Positions 24,711 through 35,526 of a stretch of DNA of 64,000 bases are shown here, piece after piece. Made by a program: the position numbers and the translations under genes. How positions within the stretch are numbered: the stretch's first letter is position 1; the number at the start of each line of letters is the position of its first letter. Source of the DNA: Thermodesulfovibrionales bacterium (lineage in GTDB: Bacteria; Nitrospirota; Thermodesulfovibrionia; Thermodesulfovibrionales; SM23-35); contig CAVQRT010000002.1 of NCBI GenBank assembly GCA_963715195.1, positions 303,290 through 367,289 of the forward strand. Reading direction: 5' to 3'. A model generated the notes under the pieces. The model was not told the origin of the DNA, did not search any database, and worked only from the letters and a program-made list of their open reading frames with translations.

Positions 24711-24782
24711 ATGCATTAATTATACCTTAACAGGAGTTTCAGGCAGGGAGTAGTATTTTTGCTTATTCGTGTCAGCAGCGTT

Positions 24783-25910
24783 TTAATACACGAATTGCCC
24801 GGCATTCAGAATATCTTTTTTGCTTCCGTCCCTACGAACCAATGTTACCGTCGGCCTGAAAAAAACAAAATCCTGGTGAAATGGCGTCTTCACCTTCCCG
24901 CCGAAAGAACTGTTGTCACCCAGTGCGATATGTATGGTGCCGAAAATTTTTTCCGATTCAAGGATATTATCGGGTCTCCTGGCGGCTCTGTTTGTTCCGA
25001 TACCAAGTTCAGCGATATTTGCATTTTCTTTTCTTTCATATAACTTTGCACGAAGATATGCAACATAGTCGTTTGTTCCTGCTACGTCTGTTACATAGCC
25101 GTCCTGAATTGTGAGCACAACCGGTGGTGACAACTGTCTGGTAGGGCCCCATTCAAGGACGAGTTTCCCCCGGGCTGAACCCTCCACCGGCGCCAGGAAA
25201 ACCTCGCCCGCCGGCAGGTTACCGAAAGCCCCCTTCTTCGTAAGGATCCCTGTATCTGATATCGCTCTTCTCGCTTTCGTTGAAATGGCCAGAGAAGATC
25301 CGTTCGGCGTCTTGATCCTGACAGAATCGGCCGTATTCATCACCTTTGCCAGTTCACGGGTTGTTTTGGTGAGAGCTTTCCAGTCCACATTCATTGCACC
25401 TTCGAGCATCGAGACATCGAAAAGGGGCATACTGGCATATCTGCAGCCGCAGACCCTTGTCAAGAAATCCCTGAAACGGGTATGACTTGTTGAATAATTT
25501 GAGAGCGCGATGACACAGTGTACTGCACTGGTTCTGTAACTCCTGATGATATCCTCAGCTTTGGCGATATCATGCTCCCGGGCTTTTTTCCGGAGCAGGA
25601 GTGAAAAGAGACGTGCTTTTTTTAGTGCCTTGATTGCCTCATTTCCGAATGCAAGCATCCAGAGCTCTCCGGGAGGCTCTTCACCGTGGGTACCGGTAGC
25701 AGGATATTCAAAATGGGTTAAGGAAGCGCAGAGCTTCTTTCCGGTTTCGGCAGCAAGCAGGGCGAGAGATCTGAGCTTGTTTCTTCGCTCTTTATCGGAT
25801 TCCGACGGTTCTTCGTCCTCCGCAATTCTATCATTGAACAGGAGGACCCGTTCGTATCTTTTCACGCCGAGGTTAATCCGGTAAATGTCTCGCAGGGCAG
25901 AGGTTATCAC
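24783..25910 (-). CDS. Aminopeptidase (M29/leucyl aminopeptidase T-like)
   Basis: GNLPAGEVF, IAELGIGTN, ESEKIFGTIHIALG, HQD. Confidence 0.85.
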   Translation of the reverse strand: MITSALRDIYRINLGVKRYERVLLFNDRIAEDEEPSESDKERRNKLRSLALLAAETGKKLCASLTHFEYPATGTHGEEPPGELWMLAFGNEAIKALKKARLFSLLLRKKAREHDIAKAEDIIRSYRTSAVHCVIALSNYSTSHTRFRDFLTRVCGCRYASMPLFDVSMLEGAMNVDWKALTKTTRELAKVMNTADSVRIKTPNGSSLAISTKARRAISDTGILTKKGAFGNLPAGEVFLAPVEGSARGKLVLEWGPTRQLSPPVVLTIQDGYVTDVAGTNDYVAYLRAKLYERKENANIAELGIGTNRAARRPDNILESEKIFGTIHIALGDNSSFGGKVKTPFHQDFVFFRPTVTLVRRDGSKKDILNAGQFVY

Positions 25911-25924
25911 TGTCTGCAGTGTTA

Positions 25925-27325
25925 TTACCTGAAAAGGAATTCCATTTGTTTGAGGTGTTCACCCGGGAAGCTGATAGGATAATCACAATCAAAACAGGCC
26001 GTGCAGTAATTATGGGAGCTCGGCACAATTTTCTTGAGTCCCCCGAGACTGAGATACGAGAGTGACTCAGCCGTCACATACTTCCGGATCTCATCAAGCA
26101 GATGTGTGGAAGCAATGAGCTCCCTTCTTGTCGGGGTATCGATGCCATAAAAACAGGGGCCAATCGTTGGAGGAGAACTGATCTTCACATGAACCTCTTT
26201 GGCCCCTCCGCCTTCCCGCAGCATCTTGACGATTTTCTTGCTTGTCGTACCGCGTACGATCGAATCATCAATCACGATCAGCCTCTTGCCCTCGAGGAGT
26301 CTTCTCACCGGATTTAGTTTGATCTTCACCCCGAAATGCCGGATGTTATTCTTCGGCTCTATGAAGGTCCTGCCGACATAATGGTTTCGTATCAGGCCGA
26401 AATCAAAGGGGATCTTACTTTCTTCAGAGAATCCGATAGCTGCCGGCACACCGGAATCAGGAACCGGTATGACAAGATCAGCCTCTGTGCTGGACTCACG
26501 GGCAAGTTGTCTCCCGAATTCCTTCCTCATTTCATTCACATTCAGTCCGCCGAAGATATTGCTGTCGGGCCTCGAAAAATAAATAAATTCGAACACACAG
26601 AATGCCTTTCTCGGACTGCTGAATATCTTCATGGATTCCAGCCCCTGCTCATTGATGATCAGTATTTCACCGGGCTCAACATCCCGGATATAGGTTGCAC
26701 CGATCAGGTCGAAGGCACACGTCTCTGATGCGATGACATACGCACCATTCTTCATTCCGAGACTAAGCGGCCTGACGCCGTAAGGATCACGGATTGCAAT
26801 GAGTTCTTTTTCCCTAAGGATGAGGAGGCTGAAGGATCCGTTTATCTGTGAAATCGCATGGGCTACCCGTTCATAAAACTCGTTTCCCTTTGAATGCGCT
26901 ATGAGATGAACAATAACTTCACTGTCTGATGAAGACTGAAAGATCGCGCCTTCTTCCTCAAGGGATGTTCTGAGGTCTGCTGCACTCACCAGATTGCCGT
27001 TATGTGCTATGGCAAGGGTTCCGAGGGAGAAATTTGCTACGATAGGCTGGACATTCTTCAGCACGCTGCTGCCGGCTGTAGAGTATCTGTTATGGCCTAT
27101 TGCCATATGACCGGGGATCCTCCTCAGGCGTTTTTCACTGAAGACGTCGGCAACGAGTCCCATTGATTTCTCGAGAAAGAGTTGCCTGCCGTCGGAAGAA
27201 CAGATCCCGGCGCCTTCCTGTCCCCTGTGCTGAAGTGCATACAAACCGAGATAGGTGAGATTGGCCGCTTCAGGATGCCCGTATATCCCGAATACCCCGC
27301 ACTCTTCGTGGATGTCGTGGAACAT
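25925..27325 (-). CDS. purF: Amidophosphoribosyltransferase
   Basis: [35 protein letters not shown]. Confidence 0.97.
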   Translation of the reverse strand: MFHDIHEECGVFGIYGHPEAANLTYLGLYALQHRGQEGAGICSSDGRQLFLEKSMGLVADVFSEKRLRRIPGHMAIGHNRYSTAGSSVLKNVQPIVANFSLGTLAIAHNGNLVSAADLRTSLEEEGAIFQSSSDSEVIVHLIAHSKGNEFYERVAHAISQINGSFSLLILREKELIAIRDPYGVRPLSLGMKNGAYVIASETCAFDLIGATYIRDVEPGEILIINEQGLESMKIFSSPRKAFCVFEFIYFSRPDSNIFGGLNVNEMRKEFGRQLARESSTEADLVIPVPDSGVPAAIGFSEESKIPFDFGLIRNHYVGRTFIEPKNNIRHFGVKIKLNPVRRLLEGKRLIVIDDSIVRGTTSKKIVKMLREGGGAKEVHVKISSPPTIGPCFYGIDTPTRRELIASTHLLDEIRKYVTAESLSYLSLGGLKKIVPSSHNYCTACFDCDYPISFPGEHLKQMEFLFR

Positions 27326-27406
27326 ACTTGAATATTTTACCATAATGTCGGCGAGCAATTTGAGAAATTCCATTGACCTTATTTGTATTCTATGGTAGAA
27401 AATTAC

Positions 27407-28798
27407 ATGAATGAGAAACAGCAGCTCCTCTCCATGCTCCCTTCCGTTGATGAAATTTTAAAGAGCTCACCTGGGTCAGCATTGCTGCATACCTATCCGA
27501 GAAAATTTGTCGTCCAGGGCATACGGCAAGGGATTGACCAAAAGAGAAGGGAAATCCTCTCGGGCAGTTCCACTGACCTATCAGGGGAAATTCTTGTAGC
27601 GGATATCGAAAATATCATCGCACGCCTCTCCGCATTGAGCCTGAAACCGCTTATCAATGCGACCGGCGTCGTCATTCATACAAACCTTGGCCGGTCTACA
27701 CTCTCTGACCGGGCACTTGAGAACATCAGGCGGGTTTCGGAGAGTTATTCCAACCTTGAATATGATATCGAACAGGGGAAAAGGGGGAAACGGTATACCC
27801 ATATCAAACGGATCCTCCGCGAGATTACCGGAGCAGAAGATGCGCTTGTCGTAAACAACAATGCGGCTGCGGTGCTTCTCTGTCTCAACACCTTTTCGAA
27901 GGGGAGAGAAGTTATTGTTTCAAGAGGTGAACTGGTCGAGATCGGCGGCTCCTTCCGAATGCCCGACGTCATGGCGTCCAGCGGCGCCATACTTCGTGAA
28001 GTCGGCACGACAAATAAGACCCATCTGCATGACTATGAAAATGCGATCACCGAACATACGTCGCTCATTTTGAAAATCCATCGTTCCAATTTCCGGATTG
28101 TGGGATTTACCGATGAGGTCTCTGTAGAAGATCTCGTGTCTCTCGGCAGAAAGCATAAGATTCCTGTGATGTTCGACCTCGGCAGCGGATGTCTCATCGA
28201 TTTACGACAGTATGGCTTTTATGATGAACCTGCTGTGCAGGAGGTCGTAAAAACAGGCGTTGATTTGACTACGTTCAGCGGGGATAAACTTCTCGGCGGC
28301 CCGCAGGGTGGTATCATCGTGGGGAAAAAAGAACATATAGAACAAATACAGAAAAACCCAGTAACCAGGGCTGTCAGGATAGACAAACTGACCCTTGCTG
28401 GGTTTGAAGCTACGCTTATGGAATACCTTGATGAAGAAAAGGCAGTTGCCGCAATTCCAACACTCAGAATGCTCCTGCAGAAACCTGAGGAGATACGGGC
28501 GCGGGCGAACAAGATAGCCAGGAGATTAAAGAAAGCAATTAGCAACGCACACATCCGGGTAATGCCAGATTCATCGAGAGCCGGCGGCGGCGCATTACCG
28601 GAGAGGGATCTGCCAACGTTTGTGACAGCGGTAAGGACAGACAACATGCATGTAAACGAACTCGAAGAAAAACTGAGAAAGGGGACCCCCGCAGTCATAA
28701 CGCGGATAAAGGAAGATACCCTCATCCTGGACGCAAGGACCGTGAGAGACCATGATATTCCTGTCATTATACAAAGAATAAAGTCGGCCCTGTCCTAG
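27407..28798 (+). CDS. selA: L-seryl-tRNA(Sec) selenium transferase
   Basis: [38 protein letters not shown]. Confidence 0.97.
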   Translation: MNEKQQLLSMLPSVDEILKSSPGSALLHTYPRKFVVQGIRQGIDQKRREILSGSSTDLSGEILVADIENIIARLSALSLKPLINATGVVIHTNLGRSTLSDRALENIRRVSESYSNLEYDIEQGKRGKRYTHIKRILREITGAEDALVVNNNAAAVLLCLNTFSKGREVIVSRGELVEIGGSFRMPDVMASSGAILREVGTTNKTHLHDYENAITEHTSLILKIHRSNFRIVGFTDEVSVEDLVSLGRKHKIPVMFDLGSGCLIDLRQYGFYDEPAVQEVVKTGVDLTTFSGDKLLGGPQGGIIVGKKEHIEQIQKNPVTRAVRIDKLTLAGFEATLMEYLDEEKAVAAIPTLRMLLQKPEEIRARANKIARRLKKAISNAHIRVMPDSSRAGGGALPERDLPTFVTAVRTDNMHVNELEEKLRKGTPAVITRIKEDTLILDARTVRDHDIPVIIQRIKSALS

Positions 28799-28840
28799 CA
28801 GTTATCTAAAGTAATTTTTATAATCCCAAAAACCTGAAGG

Positions 28841-29911
28841 ATGCAGAAGATTTCCCCGGAGACCATAATCGTAGTTGATGATGAGACCGAGTCTATGTCC
28901 GGGATGCGGGATTTTTTGACAGAACTGGGTTACCGGGTTCTGGGATTCGTTTCAGGCGGGGAAGCTCTGAATGCTCTCAGGGAGCATAGGTGCGACTTGA
29001 TTATAACCGATCTCATGATGCCTGAAATGGATGGCATGACCTTTATGAAAAGAGCGAAAGAGATTGATCCTCTTATGATCTGCATGATGGTAACGGGACA
29101 CGCGACCATTCAGACTGCTGTGGACGCCATGAAAGAGGGGGCGTTCGATTACATAACAAAGCCTTTCGACTGGAAAATACTGAGACTGGTCATTTCCCGC
29201 GCCCTTGAGGTCCGGAGATTGATGCACTCAGAAGAACAATTGAGGATATCGCGAGATCAATTGAGGGCTTTTGCCAGGCGCCTGGCCGAGGCCCAGGAAC
29301 GGGAGCGCCTGAGAATAAAACAGGAACTGCATGATGGGGTTGGGCAAGACCTGATTGCACTCGGTATGAATCTGGATTCCCTGCACGACCCGCTGACAGA
29401 CAAACATACCGGCCTGACAGATCAGAGATTAACGGATTCACGCAACATCCTGTCTGAATTAAAACAAACTATACGGCATCTTATTGCTGACATCCGCCCT
29501 GCTGTTTTAGATGACTTTGGAGTGCTCGCAGCAATACAATCCTTTAGTGATACGTTCTCAAAGCGCACCGGATTGCGCATCTTGGTTCAGGGGGATGAAG
29601 ATATGCCGCGGCTGCCCGGGTTAACAGAAATTTCCCTCTACCGTATTGTCCAGGAGGCACTGACAAATGTGGCAAAGCACGCACGGGCAGAAAACGTTTC
29701 GATATGCCTGCATCAATTAGGTACCACCGTTCTCCTCGAAGTTGTGGACGACGGGGTCGGATTCGATCCGTCCCTGTCCCGTCAGGCAAATCAGACAGAG
29801 GCATGGGGCATACTCAATATGCGCGAACGATCTGAGGCAATCGGCGGAACACTGCGATTGGAATCTGAAAAGGGGAAAGGCACAAGGGTTATTGTTGAAA
29901 TAAGGATATAA
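28841..29911 (+). CDS. Hybrid response regulator / HisKA_3-type histidine kinase
   Basis: REC (VVDDE, TDLMMPEMDG, YITKP), ELHDGVGQ, QEALTNVAKHA, DDGVGF, GKGT. Confidence 0.9.
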   Translation: MQKISPETIIVVDDETESMSGMRDFLTELGYRVLGFVSGGEALNALREHRCDLIITDLMMPEMDGMTFMKRAKEIDPLMICMMVTGHATIQTAVDAMKEGAFDYITKPFDWKILRLVISRALEVRRLMHSEEQLRISRDQLRAFARRLAEAQERERLRIKQELHDGVGQDLIALGMNLDSLHDPLTDKHTGLTDQRLTDSRNILSELKQTIRHLIADIRPAVLDDFGVLAAIQSFSDTFSKRTGLRILVQGDEDMPRLPGLTEISLYRIVQEALTNVAKHARAENVSICLHQLGTTVLLEVVDDGVGFDPSLSRQANQTEAWGILNMRERSEAIGGTLRLESEKGKGTRVIVEIRI

Positions 29912-29918
29912 TTATCTG

Positions 29919-30623
29919 ATGTCAGCGAAAAAGTGTATCCTCCTGTTTATAAAGTCACCGGAAACTGGTATGGTCAAATCGCGTCTTGCAAGGGATGTGA
30001 ATGAATCCATGGCACTTTCCCTGTACAAGCATTTTGTTCTTGATATTCTGCAAACCATGCAAACAAGCAGGTATCCCCTGAAAATCTGTTACTATCCGCC
30101 TGATGCTTTGGAGAAAGTATCTGCATGGCTTGGGAAGGGGTATTCATACACCCCCCAGAACGGCAAAGACCTGGGTGAGAGGATGAAGAATGCTTTTCTT
30201 GAAGCATTTTCCGGAGGATTTACCCCTGTAGTGCTTGTCGGGAGTGATATCCCGGATTTGACCGGCTCCATCGCAGACAAAGCCCTCGACCTCAATCCTT
30301 ACGATGCAGTCATTGGTCCTTCCCATGATGGAGGTTATTATTTGATAGGTTTTAAGCAGGACACATTCATTCCCGCAATATTCGAAAAAATGCCCTGGGG
30401 CACGGACAAGGTCTTCCGGAAAACCATGACATTCTTTCGCAAGAAAAACTATACGGTTCATATCCTGCCCGAAAGGCGGGATATTGACCGGATTGAAGAC
30501 CTTATGGCATTTGCAGAGCGCAAAAGAAATACCGGCTTCGCAGACTCAGGAACCATGCTGTTTATCAGGAATAATTGCGAAGCCCTCTTCGGGAAGATAA
30601 AAAACCCGAAGAAAATACGATGA
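29919..30623 (+). CDS. DUF2064/TIGR04282-type glycosyltransferase-like protein
   Basis: VKSRLA, QNGKDLGERM, VGSDIP, GPSHDGGYYLIG, DIDRIEDL. Confidence 0.88.
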   Translation: MSAKKCILLFIKSPETGMVKSRLARDVNESMALSLYKHFVLDILQTMQTSRYPLKICYYPPDALEKVSAWLGKGYSYTPQNGKDLGERMKNAFLEAFSGGFTPVVLVGSDIPDLTGSIADKALDLNPYDAVIGPSHDGGYYLIGFKQDTFIPAIFEKMPWGTDKVFRKTMTFFRKKNYTVHILPERRDIDRIEDLMAFAERKRNTGFADSGTMLFIRNNCEALFGKIKNPKKIR

Positions 30624-30670
30624 TAGAAGATTTCTGGATGTGGCTTTTAGCTGACCTCCCTTCCTCGTAA

Positions 30671-30904
30671 TTACTCGGGCAAAAGGGAATGTTCTTTCAG
30701 AGTCTTGACCATATGGTCAAAATCACCCCGGTATTGAGCTGCAAGCTTGATAACGGCATCATAAATTTCCATCGTTCCAACCTTATCGACCTTTGTGAGA
30801 AAATTTTCGAACAGATCTTCGAAAATTTTCCTTTTTTCCTTGTCAAGATAGGAATCTTCGTAGGAATGAAAGATCCCCATAGCAATTTTTTTAATGTCTT
30901 CCAT
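30671..30904 (-). CDS. Hypothetical protein (77 aa)
   Basis: ATG 30904 with SD AAGGAG, 10 nt after the DUF853 stop. Confidence 0.7.
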   Translation of the reverse strand: MEDIKKIAMGIFHSYEDSYLDKEKRKIFEDLFENFLTKVDKVGTMEIYDAVIKLAAQYRGDFDHMVKTLKEHSLLPE

Positions 30905-30914
30905 ATACGCTCCT

Positions 30915-32372
30915 TTATTTTCTCCCGCTTCCCAGTATCGAACCGAGCACTCCCCTGATGATCTGGCGGCCGATCTGGCTCCCGATCGCATGTGCAGCAC
31001 TTTTTGCCACTGCTTCGAAGAGCGTTTTCTTCTGGGTTTTTGGTTCACCCTTGGGGCCGGCTGCTGGCATGTCCTGCTGCACCTTCGCCTGCCCGGCTCT
31101 CTCCTTCAATATTTCATAAGCAGATTCCCTATCAACGCTTCTCTCATAATGCCCCGCAAGAAGCGATTGCTGCAAAATGCGGGAGCGCTCCTGCTGGTCG
31201 AGCGGGAGGAGGCGGCTCTTCGGGGGCAAGATAAATGCCCTCTCCACAACAGACGGTGAACCTTTTCTGTCAAGAAATGATACCAGTGCTTCGCCAACAC
31301 CAAGTTCCGTGATAACCCGGACAACGTCAAGTCCGGGATTCGGACGAAAGGTCTCTGCGGCAGCCTTGACAGCCTTCTGATCTTTCGCGGTAAAAGCCCG
31401 GAGGGCATGCTGAACCCTGTTGCCGAGTTGTCCAAGTATTGTTTCAGGAAGATCCAGAGGGTTCTGCGTGACAAAATACACTCCGACCCCTTTTGACCGA
31501 ATGAGACGGACAACCTGTTCTATTTTTTCAACGAGCACCTTCGGTGTATCATCGAAAAGCAAATGCGCCTCATCGAAGAAAAAGACGAATTTCGGTTTTG
31601 GGGGATCCCCCACTTCCGGAAGCTGTTCGAACAGTTCCGAGAGCATCCAGAGGAGGAGTGTCGCATAAACCCTGGGAGACTGTATCAGTTTGTCTGCGGC
31701 CATGATATTGATCATGCCTTTTCCGCTGCTGTCCGTCTGCATAACATCAAAGAGGTTCAGCACAGGTTCACCGAATAAGCTGTCACCTCCCTGATCCTCA
31801 AGTGCAAGGAGATTGCGCTGAATAGCTCCGATGCTTGCGGTAGAGATATTGCCGTACCCGGTTGTGAACCGTGAAGCATTGTCTCCGGCGAATTGCACGA
31901 TTGCCCGCAGGTCCTTGAGATCGAGCAGAAGGAGGCCGTTGTCATCAGCGATTCTGAAAATGAGACTGAGCACCCCACTCTGGATATCGTTGAGATTCAG
32001 GATGCGGCTCAGGAGAAGCGGCCCCATCTCGGATATTGTTGTGCGGACAGGGTGTCCGAGCTGTCCGAAAACGTCCCAAAAGATCACCGGGAACCCCTTA
32101 AAGACAAAATCATCAAGACCTAACTGCAAGACACGCTCCTTCACCTTGCTGCTGTCACCTCCGGGGGAAGCGATACCCGAGAGATCACCTTTGACATCGG
32201 CCATGAAAACGGGGACTCCGATTTCGCTGAAATGTTCGGCCATAACCCGGAGAGAAACTGTTTTGCCGGTCCCGGTAGCCCCGGCAATCAAACCATGACG
32301 GTTGGCCATGTGAGAGAGAACCGGCAAGAAATCTTTCGCTTTTGCAAGAATCAGTTCTTCTGAATTATTCAT
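30915..32372 (-). CDS. DUF853 / HerA-like P-loop ATPase (YjgR family)
   Basis: [38 protein letters not shown]. Confidence 0.93.
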   Translation of the reverse strand: MNNSEELILAKAKDFLPVLSHMANRHGLIAGATGTGKTVSLRVMAEHFSEIGVPVFMADVKGDLSGIASPGGDSSKVKERVLQLGLDDFVFKGFPVIFWDVFGQLGHPVRTTISEMGPLLLSRILNLNDIQSGVLSLIFRIADDNGLLLLDLKDLRAIVQFAGDNASRFTTGYGNISTASIGAIQRNLLALEDQGGDSLFGEPVLNLFDVMQTDSSGKGMINIMAADKLIQSPRVYATLLLWMLSELFEQLPEVGDPPKPKFVFFFDEAHLLFDDTPKVLVEKIEQVVRLIRSKGVGVYFVTQNPLDLPETILGQLGNRVQHALRAFTAKDQKAVKAAAETFRPNPGLDVVRVITELGVGEALVSFLDRKGSPSVVERAFILPPKSRLLPLDQQERSRILQQSLLAGHYERSVDRESAYEILKERAGQAKVQQDMPAAGPKGEPKTQKKTLFEAVAKSAAHAIGSQIGRQIIRGVLGSILGSGRK

Positions 32373-32453
32373 GGCATACTCTCTGTATTAGGATTTTTGA
32401 AGATGCTTTCCGGTGCTGTGTATTATACTAATCCTTCTGAAGATATGACACCT

Positions 32454-33218
32454 CTAAATCTCTACGATCTCCAGATCATCGACTGAAGTAATGAGCGGCT
32501 TTTCCAGATCCACGATGGCAACATGACGTTCAAAGGTGTAGTAGAAAGAGGTCATTAAGGTAAGACATCGCTTGTGAAAAATGACGGGGTTGATATTCGG
32601 CTGGTGTGATCTGATGAGCACCTGCAATCCAAGCTTCTTCATCGTGCGCATGAAATAGTCCTCTCCATATACAGGCCTGCCCCCCCGGTCGCCAAGGAAC
32701 TCACCGGGCTGCTCGATAAAATCCCCCCACATAAGCTGCAGCCAGTGCTCGCTGCAGAGCTGAACCGTATTGATTTCCTCCAGACTTTCAAGATCAGGCG
32801 TCGCGCCATGGACAGCGCAAAGCCCGTTTCTCGTGACTGCAGCAAAAGAGAACAATTTGCATATTTCTGAAAAGTATTCATACTCTCGCGGAGAAAGGCT
32901 TTCCCAGAAATCGGCAGGGCTGAACGGTACCGAACAGTAGCCCTCGTGGTTTCCGGCAAGAAGAAAGATCCGGTCAGGAGCTTCTGCTTTCCTTTTCAGA
33001 AGAAATTCTATATTTTCGAGGGAATTATCTCCCCGGTCGACATAATCGCCGAGGAAAACAAGAGTATATCCGGGCCTGAAGTAGAGGCGGAAAATGGTCT
33101 CCGTGGCATCAAAATCACCGTGCGTATCCCCGATAAAGACGGCCTTCCCTGTTTCCGGAAGACGGACGAGCCGGCTTTCACGGGAGAGGATTTCCTGTAT
33201 AGACGCAGATTTGTCCAT
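32454..33218 (-). CDS. PPP-family Ser/Thr phosphatase (metallophosphoesterase)
   Basis: GDTHG, GDYVDRG, GNHE, HG, RSHQ. Confidence 0.88.
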   Translation of the reverse strand: MDKSASIQEILSRESRLVRLPETGKAVFIGDTHGDFDATETIFRLYFRPGYTLVFLGDYVDRGDNSLENIEFLLKRKAEAPDRIFLLAGNHEGYCSVPFSPADFWESLSPREYEYFSEICKLFSFAAVTRNGLCAVHGATPDLESLEEINTVQLCSEHWLQLMWGDFIEQPGEFLGDRGGRPVYGEDYFMRTMKKLGLQVLIRSHQPNINPVIFHKRCLTLMTSFYYTFERHVAIVDLEKPLITSVDDLEIVEI

Positions 33219-33230
33219 GCAGGCCTCTTG

Positions 33231-34730
33231 TCAGTCTTCGAACTGCGTAATTTTCAGCACAGCACCTGCTTCGCTGACATTCCTGTTAAATTCTTCAATC
33301 AGCCGCTTGAGCATGAGCTGCTGCTGCTCCTGATATACGAGGAACATGCCGATCGTCTTCTGCTGAGCGCAAAAATCGGACTCGACCCGAACCCCCAATT
33401 TTTCTGAAAGCGGCTTGAGCAGACCGATCACTTCAGAAAGATTGCTGAACCGTACAGCAGGGTCTTTCCTGATCGATCTCATGAAAAACGTATGCAGTTC
33501 CTCCGGAAGATCGGGTAATATGCCGTGCGTGTCAAGGACCTCCTCGTTCATATGCCAGTTGATCAGGACCTTCATGTCATCTCCTGAAACCGGCAACCCG
33601 CCAGTCAACATCTCATATACGGTAATCCCGAGGGAATAAATATCCGTGCGTTCATCAACAGGGTCCCCCTTGATCTGTTCAGGGGAAATATAATAGATCG
33701 TGCCCGGGAAGAGGAAATTTGTATCAATGCTGCCCGTCCGGCAAGCTAATCCGAAATCAATAATCTTCACGCTCCCATCGGGCTGCACAAAGATATTTTT
33801 TGGATTGATATCCTGATGAATAATTCCATGGCTGTGCGCATACTCCAGACCATAACAAACCTGAAGAACGATGTCGAGGGTTTTTGCAGGCGACAATTTT
33901 TTGGTGTTGTCCAACATCTGCCTGAGAGGAATGCCTTCAAGATACTCCATGACGATAAACACCGTGCGGTACAGTTCCTCAATATCGTATACCCGCATGA
34001 TCTGCGGGTGGTTCAGTTGTGCTATAATCTTCGCTTCATTCGAAAATATATTGATAAAATCGGGGTCCATGGCTATTTCATGCTTTAACATTTTGATTGC
34101 AACCGGCAATTTAAGTATGCTGTGGAATCCTTTATAAATTATACTGGACCCTCCGTCGCCTATTTTTTCGGTTATAATGTACTTGCCTATCTTTTTCTCG
34201 ACCGTTATTTTCGATGTGCTCAGCCTGTGCGTGACTATTTCGGACAAATACCCCCTGAATTCAGGATATTGCTGTGATAGTATTTCAAATTGCTCCTTGC
34301 TCATGCTCAGCACATCCATATCTGTTTCAGCCTCGACACTGGCACCACGTTTTTCACCGGTAAAAACTGCCATCTCTCCGACTAAATCCCCCGGACTAAG
34401 CTGTGCTATGGTAAAGAGCACATCGTCTTTTTTTAGACGAACAGTACAGGTACCTTTCAGAATAAGATAGAACCTGTCCGCTTCTTCGCCCTGCCGCAAG
34501 AACTGCTCCCCTTTTGGAATTCTTTGAAACTCCATCTGACTCAGGAGCGCCTGGGTCGTCTCCCGTGACAGGGCATTCGTCAGTTCTGAACACAACGTAA
34601 TCTCAAGACCGTACGGCACCTGATGGTCTGCACCGGCGGGGTCCTGCCGGGGCAGATCTATCTCAAGAAAATAGCAGGCAGATTGGGAACCGGAAGGGGA
34701 GATCTTCTTTACTGTTCCATTCGGCGTCAT
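33231..34730 (-). CDS. Cyclic-nucleotide-binding domain + Hanks-type Ser/Thr kinase
   Basis: cNMP cassette GEMAVFTGEKRGASV; kinase VAIK, HQDINPKN, DFG, SPEQ, DIYSLG. Confidence 0.9.
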   Translation of the reverse strand: MTPNGTVKKISPSGSQSACYFLEIDLPRQDPAGADHQVPYGLEITLCSELTNALSRETTQALLSQMEFQRIPKGEQFLRQGEEADRFYLILKGTCTVRLKKDDVLFTIAQLSPGDLVGEMAVFTGEKRGASVEAETDMDVLSMSKEQFEILSQQYPEFRGYLSEIVTHRLSTSKITVEKKIGKYIITEKIGDGGSSIIYKGFHSILKLPVAIKMLKHEIAMDPDFINIFSNEAKIIAQLNHPQIMRVYDIEELYRTVFIVMEYLEGIPLRQMLDNTKKLSPAKTLDIVLQVCYGLEYAHSHGIIHQDINPKNIFVQPDGSVKIIDFGLACRTGSIDTNFLFPGTIYYISPEQIKGDPVDERTDIYSLGITVYEMLTGGLPVSGDDMKVLINWHMNEEVLDTHGILPDLPEELHTFFMRSIRKDPAVRFSNLSEVIGLLKPLSEKLGVRVESDFCAQQKTIGMFLVYQEQQQLMLKRLIEEFNRNVSEAGAVLKITQFED

Positions 34731-35164
34731 TTTTTAATTTCTGAAAGGCGAACCCGAGTCATTCAGCAATGCATGAATAATGCGACCTTTTCTTATTATA
34801 CACAACGATAGCAATTTTAGACGTTGTCGAAGAGGCACTTTATGGGAAACGCACGGAAAGCCTGTAGCAAGAAATGACATATACCTGTACCCTCGTATCC
34901 TACGCCCGGGCATAAAGATCCACTTATACTTCAATGTCGAAAATGTATCGTAACTTTTTCAAGCAGCCCGGCGAGACATAAACCCGCAAACCCTGCAAAC
35001 GGGTGTTTGACGTACAATCTTGCGGGAGAGGACCCGAAGAATGCATTGGTCAGTGCTCAGCAAAAAACAAGCAAAAAATTATAGACTATGGTTAGATATG
35101 AACTATAAGTTCGTGCTCTGTGCACCAGGGCAATCTCACAGAACAATAGAGAAGGAGACAATAT

Positions 35165-35344
35165 ATGAGTATTCTCCCTGAAGGTGAACAACTCAGAAGA
35201 GCCGTCAAGTGGATATCGGATGAACGTCTTGACAATCCGAACGTCAGCCTGTCAAAACTGATCGGCGATGCCTGTCTGAAATTTGACCTGCCTCCCAAGG
35301 ATGCAGAATTTCTCAGTCATTTCTTTACGGAAAAAGATCAATAA
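35165..35344 (+). CDS. Small hypothetical protein (59 aa, below the ORF-track cutoff)
   Basis: SD AAGGAG; MSILPEGEQLRRAVKWISDERLDNPNVSLSKLIGDACLKFDLPPKDAEFLSHFFTEKDQ. Confidence 0.75.
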   Translation: MSILPEGEQLRRAVKWISDERLDNPNVSLSKLIGDACLKFDLPPKDAEFLSHFFTEKDQ

Positions 35345-35526
35345 AAAGCAGCCCTGTGAATTTTGCGGGATAGCGCCTGGACGGAAACGAGGGATTTTCA
35401 TTTCTCAATTATTTACATAAGAAATCCGCATCATTTTCAAGAATATTCGAAAAAGCCTTGTTAAAGATTATTCCCCGGGGATACCTATTTGCGAGCTGTC
35501 TTGAATCCGCTGTTAGCTTAGCGTTT

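Noticed and set aside
22833..28798. tRNA-Sec (selC), selD or a selenoprotein gene near selA/selB
   Set aside because: No such tRNA or gene and no credible in-frame TGA with a SECIS found by eye; a SECIS/tRNAscan run would be needed to exclude them.
34734..35010. Possible IS200 transposase N-terminal relic (LKYKWIFMP) with a nearby hairpin
   Set aside because: Similarity is too short and there is no HuH or catalytic Tyr motif.
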